The translations under genes were made by a program, and so were the position numbers. A model generated the notes under the pieces. The model worked only from the letters and a program-made list of their open reading frames with translations, was not told the DNA's origin and made no database searches. DNA of 32,000 nucleotides from Candidatus Pelagibacter ubique HTCC1062 (lineage in GTDB: Bacteria; Pseudomonadota; Alphaproteobacteria; Pelagibacterales; Pelagibacteraceae): contig NC_007205.1 in NCBI RefSeq assembly GCF_000012345.1, positions 810,001-842,000 on the forward strand, in the 5' to 3' direction. This document shows positions 1 to 7,686 of this stretch, piece by piece (within the stretch, counting starts at the first letter, position 1; the number at the start of each line of letters is the position of its first letter).

Positions 1-600
1 ATGAATTGATGTACCTAAAAATAAACCAACAAACATTGGTTCAGCATCAAAGTAATAATTAGCAAAATAAGGATATATAAGCATCGATAAAATTCCAAAC
101 AAAGTGATGTTAGCAATTGCATATGATACTTCATTTTTTTTTGCACCAATTACTGGAGCAGTTGCCATAATTGCTGTTGTCCCACAAACTGTGCTACCAA
201 TAGATATTAAGTAAGCCATTCTTGTTGGGATTTTAAGTTTTTTAATTAACAGTTTTATAACTATTAGTACTGTTACAATACAAATTATAATTAAAGGTAT
301 AGCCACAGCTCCAAATTCTAAAAACTCAAAAGGTTTTAATTGAATTCCTAAACAAATTATTCCAAGTTTGAGAATATATGATTGAGTAAAGTCCAAACCC
401 TTTACAAAGTTATCTCTTATTTTGAATATATTTCCAAAAAGCATTCCAAGTAAAATAGCAATCATGGCTGTCGATATTGGACTTTTATCGTAACCTAATA
501 ATTCAATACCAATAATATTATTAAATCCTTGAGATAAACTGTAGAGAACAAACGCTAAAACAATACCTGGCAAAATGACCAGATATTTTTTAAATAACAT
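1..600 (-). CDS. YeiH/UPF0324 (PSE family) putative sulfate/sulfite exporter, N-terminal 200 codons; gene continues beyond the left edge
   Basis: Absent from the ORF track because it has no stop inside the window. My reverse-complement translation from ATG 600..598 gives MLFKKYLVILPGIVLAFVLYSLSQGFNNIIGIELLGYDKSPISTAMIAILLGMLFGNIFK... and stays open to base 1 (...FLGTSIH). It is polytopic and hydrophobic. The SPxxxAMIAILLGMLFGN stretch matches my memory of YeiH-type proteins. Family call is from memory, not a search. Confidence 0.65.
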   Translation of the reverse strand, partial: MLFKKYLVILPGIVLAFVLYSLSQGFNNIIGIELLGYDKSPISTAMIAILLGMLFGNIFKIRDNFVKGLDFTQSYILKLGIICLGIQLKPFEFLEFGAVAIPLIIICIVTVLIVIKLLIKKLKIPTRMAYLISIGSTVCGTTAIMATAPVIGAKKNEVSYAIANITLFGILSMLIYPYFANYYFDAEPMFVGLFLGTSIH

Positions 601-618
601 TACTTTATAGATAAATTT

Positions 619-1797
619 TTAAGCACTTCTGTAAAGTTTAGTCATAACAAACTCTTTATGACCTAAAGCTTCAGCACAAGTTAATCTACCGTTAGCAACT
701 CTAATCATTGATTTGATTAATTCGTCACCAGCTTGTGATAAATTCATTTCACGAGATAGAATTTTCGATACATCACAATCAATATGCTCACCCATACCTT
801 TTACAGTTAATGGGTTGGCAGTTAACTTAACAACAGGTTCAATTGGATTACCTACGATATTACCTTGACCTGTTGGGAATAAATGAATGTTAAATCCAGC
901 AGCTGCTTGAAGTGTAATACACTCTGCTGCAGCAGATGAAGTATCCATAAAGTATAATCCTTTTCCTTTAGTAGGCTCTTCAGCTGGTTCTAAAACATCA
1001 ATAAACTTACAATTTCCAATTTTTTGGAAATTACCAAATGCTTTTTCTTCAATTGTAGTTAATCCACCTGCAATATTTCCCGCAGTTGGTTGACTTTCAG
1101 AAAGATCATCTGTTGCTTCTTTTAAAATAAAGTCGTTGTAATCGCTCCAAGTTTTCATGAATTTTTCTGAAGCTTCTGGAGTGGCACCACGTGTAGCACA
1201 AACTTTTTCAGCACCAGTTAATTCTGAGGTTTCACCAAAACATAAATGAACTCCTAATGGCTCTAATTTATCCATTAAGTTTCCAACTGTTGGGTTAGCA
1301 GCAAGACCTGATGTTGTATCAGATTCACCACATTTAACTGAAATCCATAAATCGCTTAAAGGACATTCTTCTCTTTGTTTTTCAGAAGCCCACATTGCAA
1401 ATTCTTGTGCTTTTTTAGAAGCCTTCATGATTGTTCCAATATCACCAGTTCTTTCAATGTGAAATCCTTCAACTGGTTTTCCAGTTTTAGCAATTTCATC
1501 AACAATTCTTTTTGTCCATTTAGGTTCAATTCCAATAACAATTACAGCAGCAACGTTAGGATTTTTCCCAGTCCCAATCATTGTTCTAAAGTGTAGATCT
1601 AAATCAGCACCAAATTGAAGTCTTCCGTAAGAGTGAGGAAGAGCTATTGTACCTTTAATATTATTTGCTACAGCTTCAGCACAAGCATTTGATATATCAT
1701 CTACAGGTAAGATGATTACGTGATTTCTAGTACCAACTCTGCCATTTTCTCTTTTATAACCTAAAAAACTTTTTGGAATTTCCATATTTTTTACCAC
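619..1797 (-). CDS. suyB: UxaA-family dehydratase/lyase large subunit, probably (2R)-sulfolactate sulfo-lyase beta subunit (SuyB-like)
   Basis: 392-aa [24 protein letters not shown]... and the overall length match the catalytic C-terminal part of altronate-dehydratase (UxaA) family enzymes. It follows a separate 94-aa SAF-domain ORF, the two-subunit layout described for SuyAB, and its neighbours are xsc and a PSE-type exporter. The track start at 1797 is GTG and overlaps suyA by 7 nt. ATG at 1785 (MEIPKSF...), 5 nt after the suyA stop, is an equally good start. Confidence 0.6.
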   Translation of the reverse strand: MVKNMEIPKSFLGYKRENGRVGTRNHVIILPVDDISNACAEAVANNIKGTIALPHSYGRLQFGADLDLHFRTMIGTGKNPNVAAVIVIGIEPKWTKRIVDEIAKTGKPVEGFHIERTGDIGTIMKASKKAQEFAMWASEKQREECPLSDLWISVKCGESDTTSGLAANPTVGNLMDKLEPLGVHLCFGETSELTGAEKVCATRGATPEASEKFMKTWSDYNDFILKEATDDLSESQPTAGNIAGGLTTIEEKAFGNFQKIGNCKFIDVLEPAEEPTKGKGLYFMDTSSAAAECITLQAAAGFNIHLFPTGQGNIVGNPIEPVVKLTANPLTVKGMGEHIDCDVSKILSREMNLSQAGDELIKSMIRVANGRLTCAEALGHKEFVMTKLYRSA

Positions 1798-2075
1798 TTC
1801 TTCGTTTTTACATTGTGAACGTGAACATGTTCACCTTTTTTGATTGATTTAACTACTTTTCCAATATCGTGACCATATTTCAAAATAGTATCACCTTCAT
1901 TAAGGTCAACCATTGCAATTTTATGTCCTAATTGAATTTCATCTACTGATTGAATTTGAACTGTTTTATCATTCTCCATAATCCAACATGCGCAATCTTG
2001 TTTTGGAGTAATTTTATCAATAACAACTACTCCTACGTTGTCTTTCTCGTCGTGTATAATAATATCTGTAGCCAT
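1791..2075 (-). CDS. suyA: SAF-domain small subunit of a UxaA-family enzyme, probably sulfolactate sulfo-lyase alpha subunit (SuyA-like)
   Basis: 94 aa. DNVGVVV...[43 protein letters not shown] is the classic SAF/UxaA N-terminal pattern (DNVava ... GHKiAl ... G..v.kYG..IG.a...I..GehVH.HN). It is a stand-alone small ORF directly upstream of the large subunit. Confidence 0.6.
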   Translation of the reverse strand: MATDIIIHDEKDNVGVVVIDKITPKQDCACWIMENDKTVQIQSVDEIQLGHKIAMVDLNEGDTILKYGHDIGKVVKSIKKGEHVHVHNVKTKKW

Positions 2076-2186
2076 AATTGTGTCGATTTGTTTGTTTGAA
2101 ATTTTTTAAATCTTATATATTAATCTTTAAAATTAACAAATTATTTATAGATTTTTTAACAACTTAAGCAGGAAGGCCTAATTATT
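2076..2186. promoter_or_regulatory. Divergent suyA / xsc control region with Shine-Dalgarno candidate for xsc
   Basis: 111-nt AT-rich spacer between divergent start codons, one of only six spacers over 100 nt here, so it should hold both promoters. AGGAAGG at 2170..2176 lies 10 nt upstream of the xsc ATG. No -35/-10 hexamers are called because such matches are uninformative at this AT content. Confidence 0.5.
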
Positions 2187-3971
2187 ATGACTAAAATGAC
2201 AACAGAAGAAGCTTTTGTAAAAGTTTTACAAATGCATGGAATTGAACACGCATTCGGAATTATCGGTTCAGCTTTTATGCCTATTTCAGATATCTTTCCT
2301 GATGCTGGAATTACCTTTTGGGATGTTGCTCATGAAACAAACGGTGGATTAATTGCTGATGGTTACACAAGATCTACTGGCAAAATGTCAATGGTTATTG
2401 CTCAAAACGGTCCTGGAATTACCGGTCTTGTAACACCAATTAAAACTGCATACTGGAACCACACACCATTATTATTAGTAACACCTCAAGCTGCCAATAA
2501 AACTATGGGTCAAGGTGGCTTTCAAGAAGTAGAACAAATGAATTTATTTAAAGATATGGTTTGCTATCAAGAAGAAGTTAGAGACCCTTCAAGAATGGCA
2601 GAAGTATTAAATAGAGTAATTGAAAAAGCGATCAGAGGATCAGCTCCAGCACAAATAAATGTTCCAAGAGATTATTGGACACAAGTAATTGATATAGATC
2701 TTCCTCCAATTGTTAGACTTGAAAGGCAAGCAGGTGGAGTTGATGCAATTAAAAAAGCAGCTGACTTATTATCAAACGCTAAGTTTCCAGTAATACTATC
2801 TGGTGCAGGTGTTGTTATTGGTGGGGCAATTGAAGATTGTAAAAAATTAGCTGAGAAATTAGATGCTCCAGTTTGTTCAGGGTATCAACATAATGATAGT
2901 TTTCCAGGAAGTCACCCATTAGCAGCTGGACCTTTAGGCTATAATGGATCAAAAGCTGGAATGGAATTAATTAAGAAAGCTGATGTTGTTCTTGCACTTG
3001 GTACAAGATTAAATCCTTTCTCAACTTTACCAGGTTATGGAATGGATTACTGGCCTAAAGATGCAAGTATCATTCAAGTTGATATGAATTCAGATAGAAT
3101 TGGTTTAACTAAAAAAGTCACAGTTGGTATTTGTGGGGATGCAAAATTAGTATCACAACAAATTTTAGCTCAACTTTCTCCAACAGCAGGAGATACAAAT
3201 AGAGAAGAGAGAAAAAATACAATTCACCAAACTAAATCTGCTTGGTTACAAGAGTTATCAAGTTTAGATCACGAAGATGATGATGAAGGTACAGTTTGGA
3301 ATGCAGAAGCAAGAAAAAGAGATGCAGATAGAATGTCTCCTAGAGAAGCATGGAGAGCAATTCAAGCAGGTATGCCTGATGATGTAATTATCTCAAGTGA
3401 TATTGGTAATAACTGTGCAATTGGAAATGCTTATCCAACATTTGAAAAAGGTAGAAAATATTTAGCACCAGGATTATTTGGTCCTTGTGGTTATGGTTTT
3501 CCAGCAATTCTTGGAGCAAAAATTGGATGTCCTGATACACCAGTAATTGGTTTTGCAGGTGACGGTGCATTTGGTATTAGCATGAACGAAATGAGCTCAT
3601 GTGCTAGATCAGAATGGCCAGCAATTTCAATGGTAATCTTTAGAAATTACCAATGGGGTGCTGAAAAAAGAAATACTACTTTATGGTTTGATGATAACTT
3701 CGTTGGAACAGAGCTTGATCCAGAATTAAGTTATGCAAAAGTTGCTGATGCTTGTGGATTAAAAGGGGTTACTGTTCGAACCATGGAAGAGACTACTGCT
3801 GCTATCAAGCAATCATGTGAAGATCAAAAGAAAGGGATTACAACATTTATTGAAGTAATTCTTAACCAAGAACTGGGAGAGCCTTTCAGAAGAGATGCTA
3901 TGAAAAGACCAGTTAAAGTTGCAGGGATCAAAAAAGAAGACATGATCAAGCAACCTTCGCTAGTTTCATAA
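2187..3971 (+). CDS. xsc: Sulfoacetaldehyde acetyltransferase (ThDP-dependent, EC 2.3.3.15)
   Basis: 594 aa. The N-terminus MTKMTTEEAFVKVLQMHGIEHAFGIIGSAFMP... closely matches the characteristic Xsc N-terminus as I remember it. The ThDP motif GDGAFGISMNEMSS...NYQWGAEK is present. Length is typical for Xsc (about 590-600 aa). No small regulatory subunit follows, as would be expected for acetolactate synthase. Confidence 0.85.
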   Translation: MTKMTTEEAFVKVLQMHGIEHAFGIIGSAFMPISDIFPDAGITFWDVAHETNGGLIADGYTRSTGKMSMVIAQNGPGITGLVTPIKTAYWNHTPLLLVTPQAANKTMGQGGFQEVEQMNLFKDMVCYQEEVRDPSRMAEVLNRVIEKAIRGSAPAQINVPRDYWTQVIDIDLPPIVRLERQAGGVDAIKKAADLLSNAKFPVILSGAGVVIGGAIEDCKKLAEKLDAPVCSGYQHNDSFPGSHPLAAGPLGYNGSKAGMELIKKADVVLALGTRLNPFSTLPGYGMDYWPKDASIIQVDMNSDRIGLTKKVTVGICGDAKLVSQQILAQLSPTAGDTNREERKNTIHQTKSAWLQELSSLDHEDDDEGTVWNAEARKRDADRMSPREAWRAIQAGMPDDVIISSDIGNNCAIGNAYPTFEKGRKYLAPGLFGPCGYGFPAILGAKIGCPDTPVIGFAGDGAFGISMNEMSSCARSEWPAISMVIFRNYQWGAEKRNTTLWFDDNFVGTELDPELSYAKVADACGLKGVTVRTMEETTAAIKQSCEDQKKGITTFIEVILNQELGEPFRRDAMKRPVKVAGIKKEDMIKQPSLVS

Positions 3972-4010
3972 ATTGTTTTAATATCAAATAAAATACCATA
4001 ATATTCTATT

Positions 4011-5612
4011 ATGGTTAGTTATGATGCTATAATAATTGGTGCAGGCTTTTCAGGTATTTATCAATTACATAGCTTAAGAGATAAATTAAAACTTAACACT
4101 CTAGTAATTGAGTCAGGTAAGGACTTAGGTGGTACTTGGTATTGGAATAGATATCCAGGGGCCAGATGTGACTCAGAAAGTCATACTTACAACTTTACAT
4201 TTTCAAAAGAGATATTTGAAAATTGGTCATGGCCAGAAAGATATTCAAAGCAAGACATCATATTAGAATATTTAAATTATGTTGTTGAAAAATTAAGTTT
4301 AAAAAAAGATATGCTTTTTGATAATAAAGTTATTAAAGCACATTTCGATGAAAAAAGTAATTTATGGAACATCAAAACCAATAAAGACAAAACTTTTTTA
4401 TGCAAATATTTAATTAGTGCTGTTGGCTGTTTATCAGCAGCAAACATTCCAAAAATAAATGGTTTAAGAAAATTTAAAGGTAAATGGTACCATACAGGAA
4501 AATGGCCTCATACTGGTGTAGATTTTAAAAATAAAAGAGTTGCACAAATTGGTGTTGGTTCTACTGGAATACAGTTGGCACCCGAGATAGCTAAATCAGC
4601 AAAGAAGCTTTCAATTTTTCAGAGATCACCAAATTTTAGTATTCCAGCAAGAAATGAAATTGTTAATGATAAATATAAGAAAAAGATAAAAGATAATTAT
4701 CAAGAAATTAGAGATTTAATTAAGTCAACACCAACTGGTCACGCTTTTCATTTTTCAAGTCAGTCCACTTTTGATGTCAGTAATGAAGATAGAAAAAAAA
4801 TTTATGAAAACGGGTGGCAAAAGGGTGGGTTGGGTTTTCGCGGTCTTTTTAAAGATATAACAACAAATTTGGATGCTAATAAAACAATTGTTAATTTTAT
4901 TAAAGAAAAGGTAGAGACAACAATGCTAAATAAACATTATGCTAAAGTTGTGACAGATTTTAAATATCCATTTGCAACTAGAAGACCAACTTTAAATACT
5001 GATTATTATGAAACTTTTAATAAAGATAATGTCGAATTAATTGATATCTCGAAAGACTCAATAAAAGAAATTACTGAAACTGGAATCAGCACCATAGAAA
5101 ATAACTATGAATTTGATATAATTGTATTTGCAACAGGGTATGACGCTATTACAGGTGCACTATTATCAATTGATATGGTGGGTAAAAATAATATCAAACT
5201 AAGTGAATTATGGAAAAATGGTCCATTAACTTATTTAGGTCTACAGATACCTGGATTTCCTAATTTTTTTACCATTACCGGACCTGGAAGTCCCTCAGTA
5301 TTAACAAATGTTCCAATGGCTATAGAGCAACATGTCGAGTTTATAACTGATTGTATTTCACATATGGAAAAAAATAAATATTCAACAATTGAAACTAATA
5401 ATGATTACTCTTTAAAGTGGAGAGGGGTAATTGATAAAGCTGTAGAAGAAACATTAATACCAGAGTCTAAAAGCTCATGGTTGTATGGCGGTAATATTGA
5501 AGGAAAACCCAAAGTTTTTATGCCTTACCCATCTGGACTTCCAAAGTATAAAAAGATTTGTGAAGACATTGTTTTAAAAAACTATGAAGGTTTTAATTTT
5601 GATAAGCATTAA
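4011..5612 (+). CDS. Type I Baeyer-Villiger monooxygenase (cyclohexanone/acetone monooxygenase-like, FAD + NADPH)
   Basis: 533 aa. Has an N-terminal GAGFSG Rossmann motif, the GGTWYWNRYPGARCDSES block typical of CHMO/PAMO-type BVMOs, an exact BVMO fingerprint FxGxxxHxxxWP (FKGKWYHTGKWP), and a second dinucleotide motif GVGSTG. Confidence 0.85.
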   Translation: MVSYDAIIIGAGFSGIYQLHSLRDKLKLNTLVIESGKDLGGTWYWNRYPGARCDSESHTYNFTFSKEIFENWSWPERYSKQDIILEYLNYVVEKLSLKKDMLFDNKVIKAHFDEKSNLWNIKTNKDKTFLCKYLISAVGCLSAANIPKINGLRKFKGKWYHTGKWPHTGVDFKNKRVAQIGVGSTGIQLAPEIAKSAKKLSIFQRSPNFSIPARNEIVNDKYKKKIKDNYQEIRDLIKSTPTGHAFHFSSQSTFDVSNEDRKKIYENGWQKGGLGFRGLFKDITTNLDANKTIVNFIKEKVETTMLNKHYAKVVTDFKYPFATRRPTLNTDYYETFNKDNVELIDISKDSIKEITETGISTIENNYEFDIIVFATGYDAITGALLSIDMVGKNNIKLSELWKNGPLTYLGLQIPGFPNFFTITGPGSPSVLTNVPMAIEQHVEFITDCISHMEKNKYSTIETNNDYSLKWRGVIDKAVEETLIPESKSSWLYGGNIEGKPKVFMPYPSGLPKYKKICEDIVLKNYEGFNFDKH

Positions 5613-5627
5613 AATTATTTAATAATT

Positions 5628-6377
5628 ATGAATAAAATTGATTTAAAAAATAAAATTGCAGTAGTAACTGGAGGAGCTCAAGGTTTTGGATTGGCTATTT
5701 CAAAACGCTTTATAGAATCTGGTGCAACTGTTGTAATTTGGGATATAGATTCAATAGCTACTAAAGACGCAATAAAAATTATAAATTCAAAGAAATGTTA
5801 TGCTTTTCCAATTGATATAACAAATTATAAAAAAGTTAAAGAAGGCATCAAACAAGTTTTAAAGATTTGTAATAAGATAGATATTTTTGTTAACAACGCT
5901 GGATACCATGGGATAAATGCAAATACATGGGATTACCCAATTGATGAATGGGAAAAGATTTTAAAAATTAATTTAACAGCAACATACTACTGCTGTAAGG
6001 CTGTTGTTCCTCACATGATTAAAAATAATTATGGAAGAATTGTTAACATTTCATCAAATGCTGGAAAAGAAGGAAACCCAACTGCAGCATGTTACAGTTC
6101 TGCTAAAGCTGGAACTATCGCTTTAACTAAATCTTTAGGAAAAGAATTAGCTGATAAAAATATTTCTGTTAATTGTGTTACACCTGCAGCTGCAAAAACA
6201 AGAATTTTTGATGAAATGGAACCTGAATTTATAGACTATATGCTTTCAAAAATTCCTAGAAAAAGATTTGCTAAAGTTGAAGAGTTAGCCTCTTTAGTTT
6301 CCTGGCTTTCTAGTGAAGAAAATTCTTTTGCTACTGGTGCCGTTTATGATCTTACGGGCGGAAGAGCAACATACTAA
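5628..6377 (+). CDS. Short-chain dehydrogenase/reductase (SDR), copy 1 of a paralogous pair
   Basis: 249 aa with TGGAQGFG cofactor motif, NNAG, and catalytic YSSAK (YxxxK). It is 15 nt downstream of the BVMO stop. About 58% identical (my hand alignment) to the SDR at 28936..29682. Confidence 0.85.
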   Translation: MNKIDLKNKIAVVTGGAQGFGLAISKRFIESGATVVIWDIDSIATKDAIKIINSKKCYAFPIDITNYKKVKEGIKQVLKICNKIDIFVNNAGYHGINANTWDYPIDEWEKILKINLTATYYCCKAVVPHMIKNNYGRIVNISSNAGKEGNPTAACYSSAKAGTIALTKSLGKELADKNISVNCVTPAAAKTRIFDEMEPEFIDYMLSKIPRKRFAKVEELASLVSWLSSEENSFATGAVYDLTGGRATY

Positions 6378-6381
6378 AAAT

Positions 6382-7686
6382 ATGAGGATAGTAAACGACT
6401 TAGGCTGTAGCTGGATTAGTGACCTTGATAGAAGATCTAATATAAAAAATTTAGATAAAGATAAATCTTGTGACTGGTTAATAGTAGGTGCTGGTTATAC
6501 AGGTTTGTCTGCTGCTAGAAAATTATCAGAACTTCATCCAGATCAAAAAATTATTGTTGTAGATGCCCAATTAGCAGGTGAGGGTGCAAGTGGAAGGAAC
6601 TCTGGTTATTTAGTTGATACTACACTTAATGATGGTTTCACGTCTAACAAAGAACTTTCTAAATATAGAAAGAAAACAGACATTTATAAATTGGGAATTG
6701 ATGTTGTAAAAAAGTTTATTAAAGAACATCAGGTAGATTGTGATTGGAATGAAAGTGGAAAATATTTTGCCTCATCAAATCAAAAAGATAGAAAGATATT
6801 AGAAAATTTTAGTAAAACTTTGTCAAAATTAAACTTCGGACATAATATTTTAGAAAAAGATGATTTAAGTAAAAGATTAGGTACAAATTTTTATAACCTT
6901 GCCCTTTATACCAAAGGTGGAGTGTTATTGCATCCGGGAAAATTAGTCAGAGCTATGATTGATACCTTACCTGATAATGTTGAGTTGCTTGAGAATTCTC
7001 AGCTAAATGAATGGGCAAAAAATACTGATAGAATTATTTGTAAATTTAATAAGCATCAAATAATTACTAAAAAGATTATTTTTTGTACTAATGGTTTTTT
7101 AAAATCACTTGGTGTAAAAAAAAATTATAATTTTCCCTTAACTTTAACTGCAAGCATGACAAGACCATTAACTGATAGAGAATTTAAGTCTATTGGTGAG
7201 CCTAGAGAGTGGGGTGTGCTACCTATTAGACCAATGGGCGCAACCATTAGAATGACAAAAGATAAAAGAATTTTAATTAGAAACACTGCTGAAGTTCATA
7301 GTCCTTTTAAAATGTCTAAAACAGAGTTGGATGAAAGATCTTTAACTCAAAAACTTGGAATAAAAAAAAGATTTCCAAGTTTAGCAGATAATATTATTGA
7401 ATCTAGTTGGTCTGGGGTTGTATCTAGAACTAGAAATAGTTCACAAATTTTTGAAAAAGTAGAAGACAATGTTTTTGTGGCAGGCTGCTATAACGGTTCT
7501 GGTATTGGAGTTGGAACTTTATTTGGTGAACAGATAGCAATTAAAGCAAGTAATGAAAATAGTGATGAAATTAATATAATAGAATCTAGAACTAAACCTA
7601 CTTGGCTTCCACCTCAGCCTTTTTTAAATATTGGGGTTAAAACAAGATTGATGTTTGAGAGGTTTAGATCTCGATCTGATGTGTAG
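6382..7686 (+). CDS. FAD-dependent (DAO-family) amine oxidoreductase, PuuB/gamma-glutamylputrescine-oxidase-like
   Basis: DWLIVGAGYTGLSAARKLSE...VVDAQLAGEGASGRNSGYL matches the PuuB-type N-terminus (VIGAGYTGLS...GASGRNGG). I place the start at ATG 6382 (MRIVNDL...), 4 nt after the SDR stop. The track start at 6313 would overlap the SDR by 65 nt. Confidence 0.7.
   Translation: MRIVNDLGCSWISDLDRRSNIKNLDKDKSCDWLIVGAGYTGLSAARKLSELHPDQKIIVVDAQLAGEGASGRNSGYLVDTTLNDGFTSNKELSKYRKKTDIYKLGIDVVKKFIKEHQVDCDWNESGKYFASSNQKDRKILENFSKTLSKLNFGHNILEKDDLSKRLGTNFYNLALYTKGGVLLHPGKLVRAMIDTLPDNVELLENSQLNEWAKNTDRIICKFNKHQIITKKIIFCTNGFLKSLGVKKNYNFPLTLTASMTRPLTDREFKSIGEPREWGVLPIRPMGATIRMTKDKRILIRNTAEVHSPFKMSKTELDERSLTQKLGIKKRFPSLADNIIESSWSGVVSRTRNSSQIFEKVEDNVFVAGCYNGSGIGVGTLFGEQIAIKASNENSDEINIIESRTKPTWLPPQPFLNIGVKTRLMFERFRSRSDV

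Noticed and set aside
619-2075. Split UxaA-type gene as a frameshifted altronate dehydratase pseudogene
   Set aside because: The small ORF ends cleanly after a complete SAF domain, and the large ORF begins at the normal start of the catalytic domain with a proper start codon 5 nt away (or a 7-nt overlap). A two-subunit form is the known state of SuyAB-type enzymes.
2187-3971. The 594-aa ThDP enzyme as acetolactate synthase / another ThDP decarboxylase
   Set aside because: The N-terminal sequence and length match my recollection of Xsc closely. No ilvN-like small subunit or branched-chain amino acid genes are adjacent, and the neighbours are sulfonate-related. A phylogeny should still confirm this.
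6313-6381. N-terminal extensions of track ORFs that overlap neighbours (6313..6381). Also 10874..10930, 10719..10871, 10225..10272, 15638..15700, 18637..18654, 19887..19949, 27403..27411 and 30666..30743.
   Set aside because: In each case an internal ATG gives a protein starting at the expected family N-terminus (Rossmann motif, signal peptide or Walker region) and removes a long overlap. Several extended starts are TTG/GTG. They are not evidence of fusions or frameshifts.
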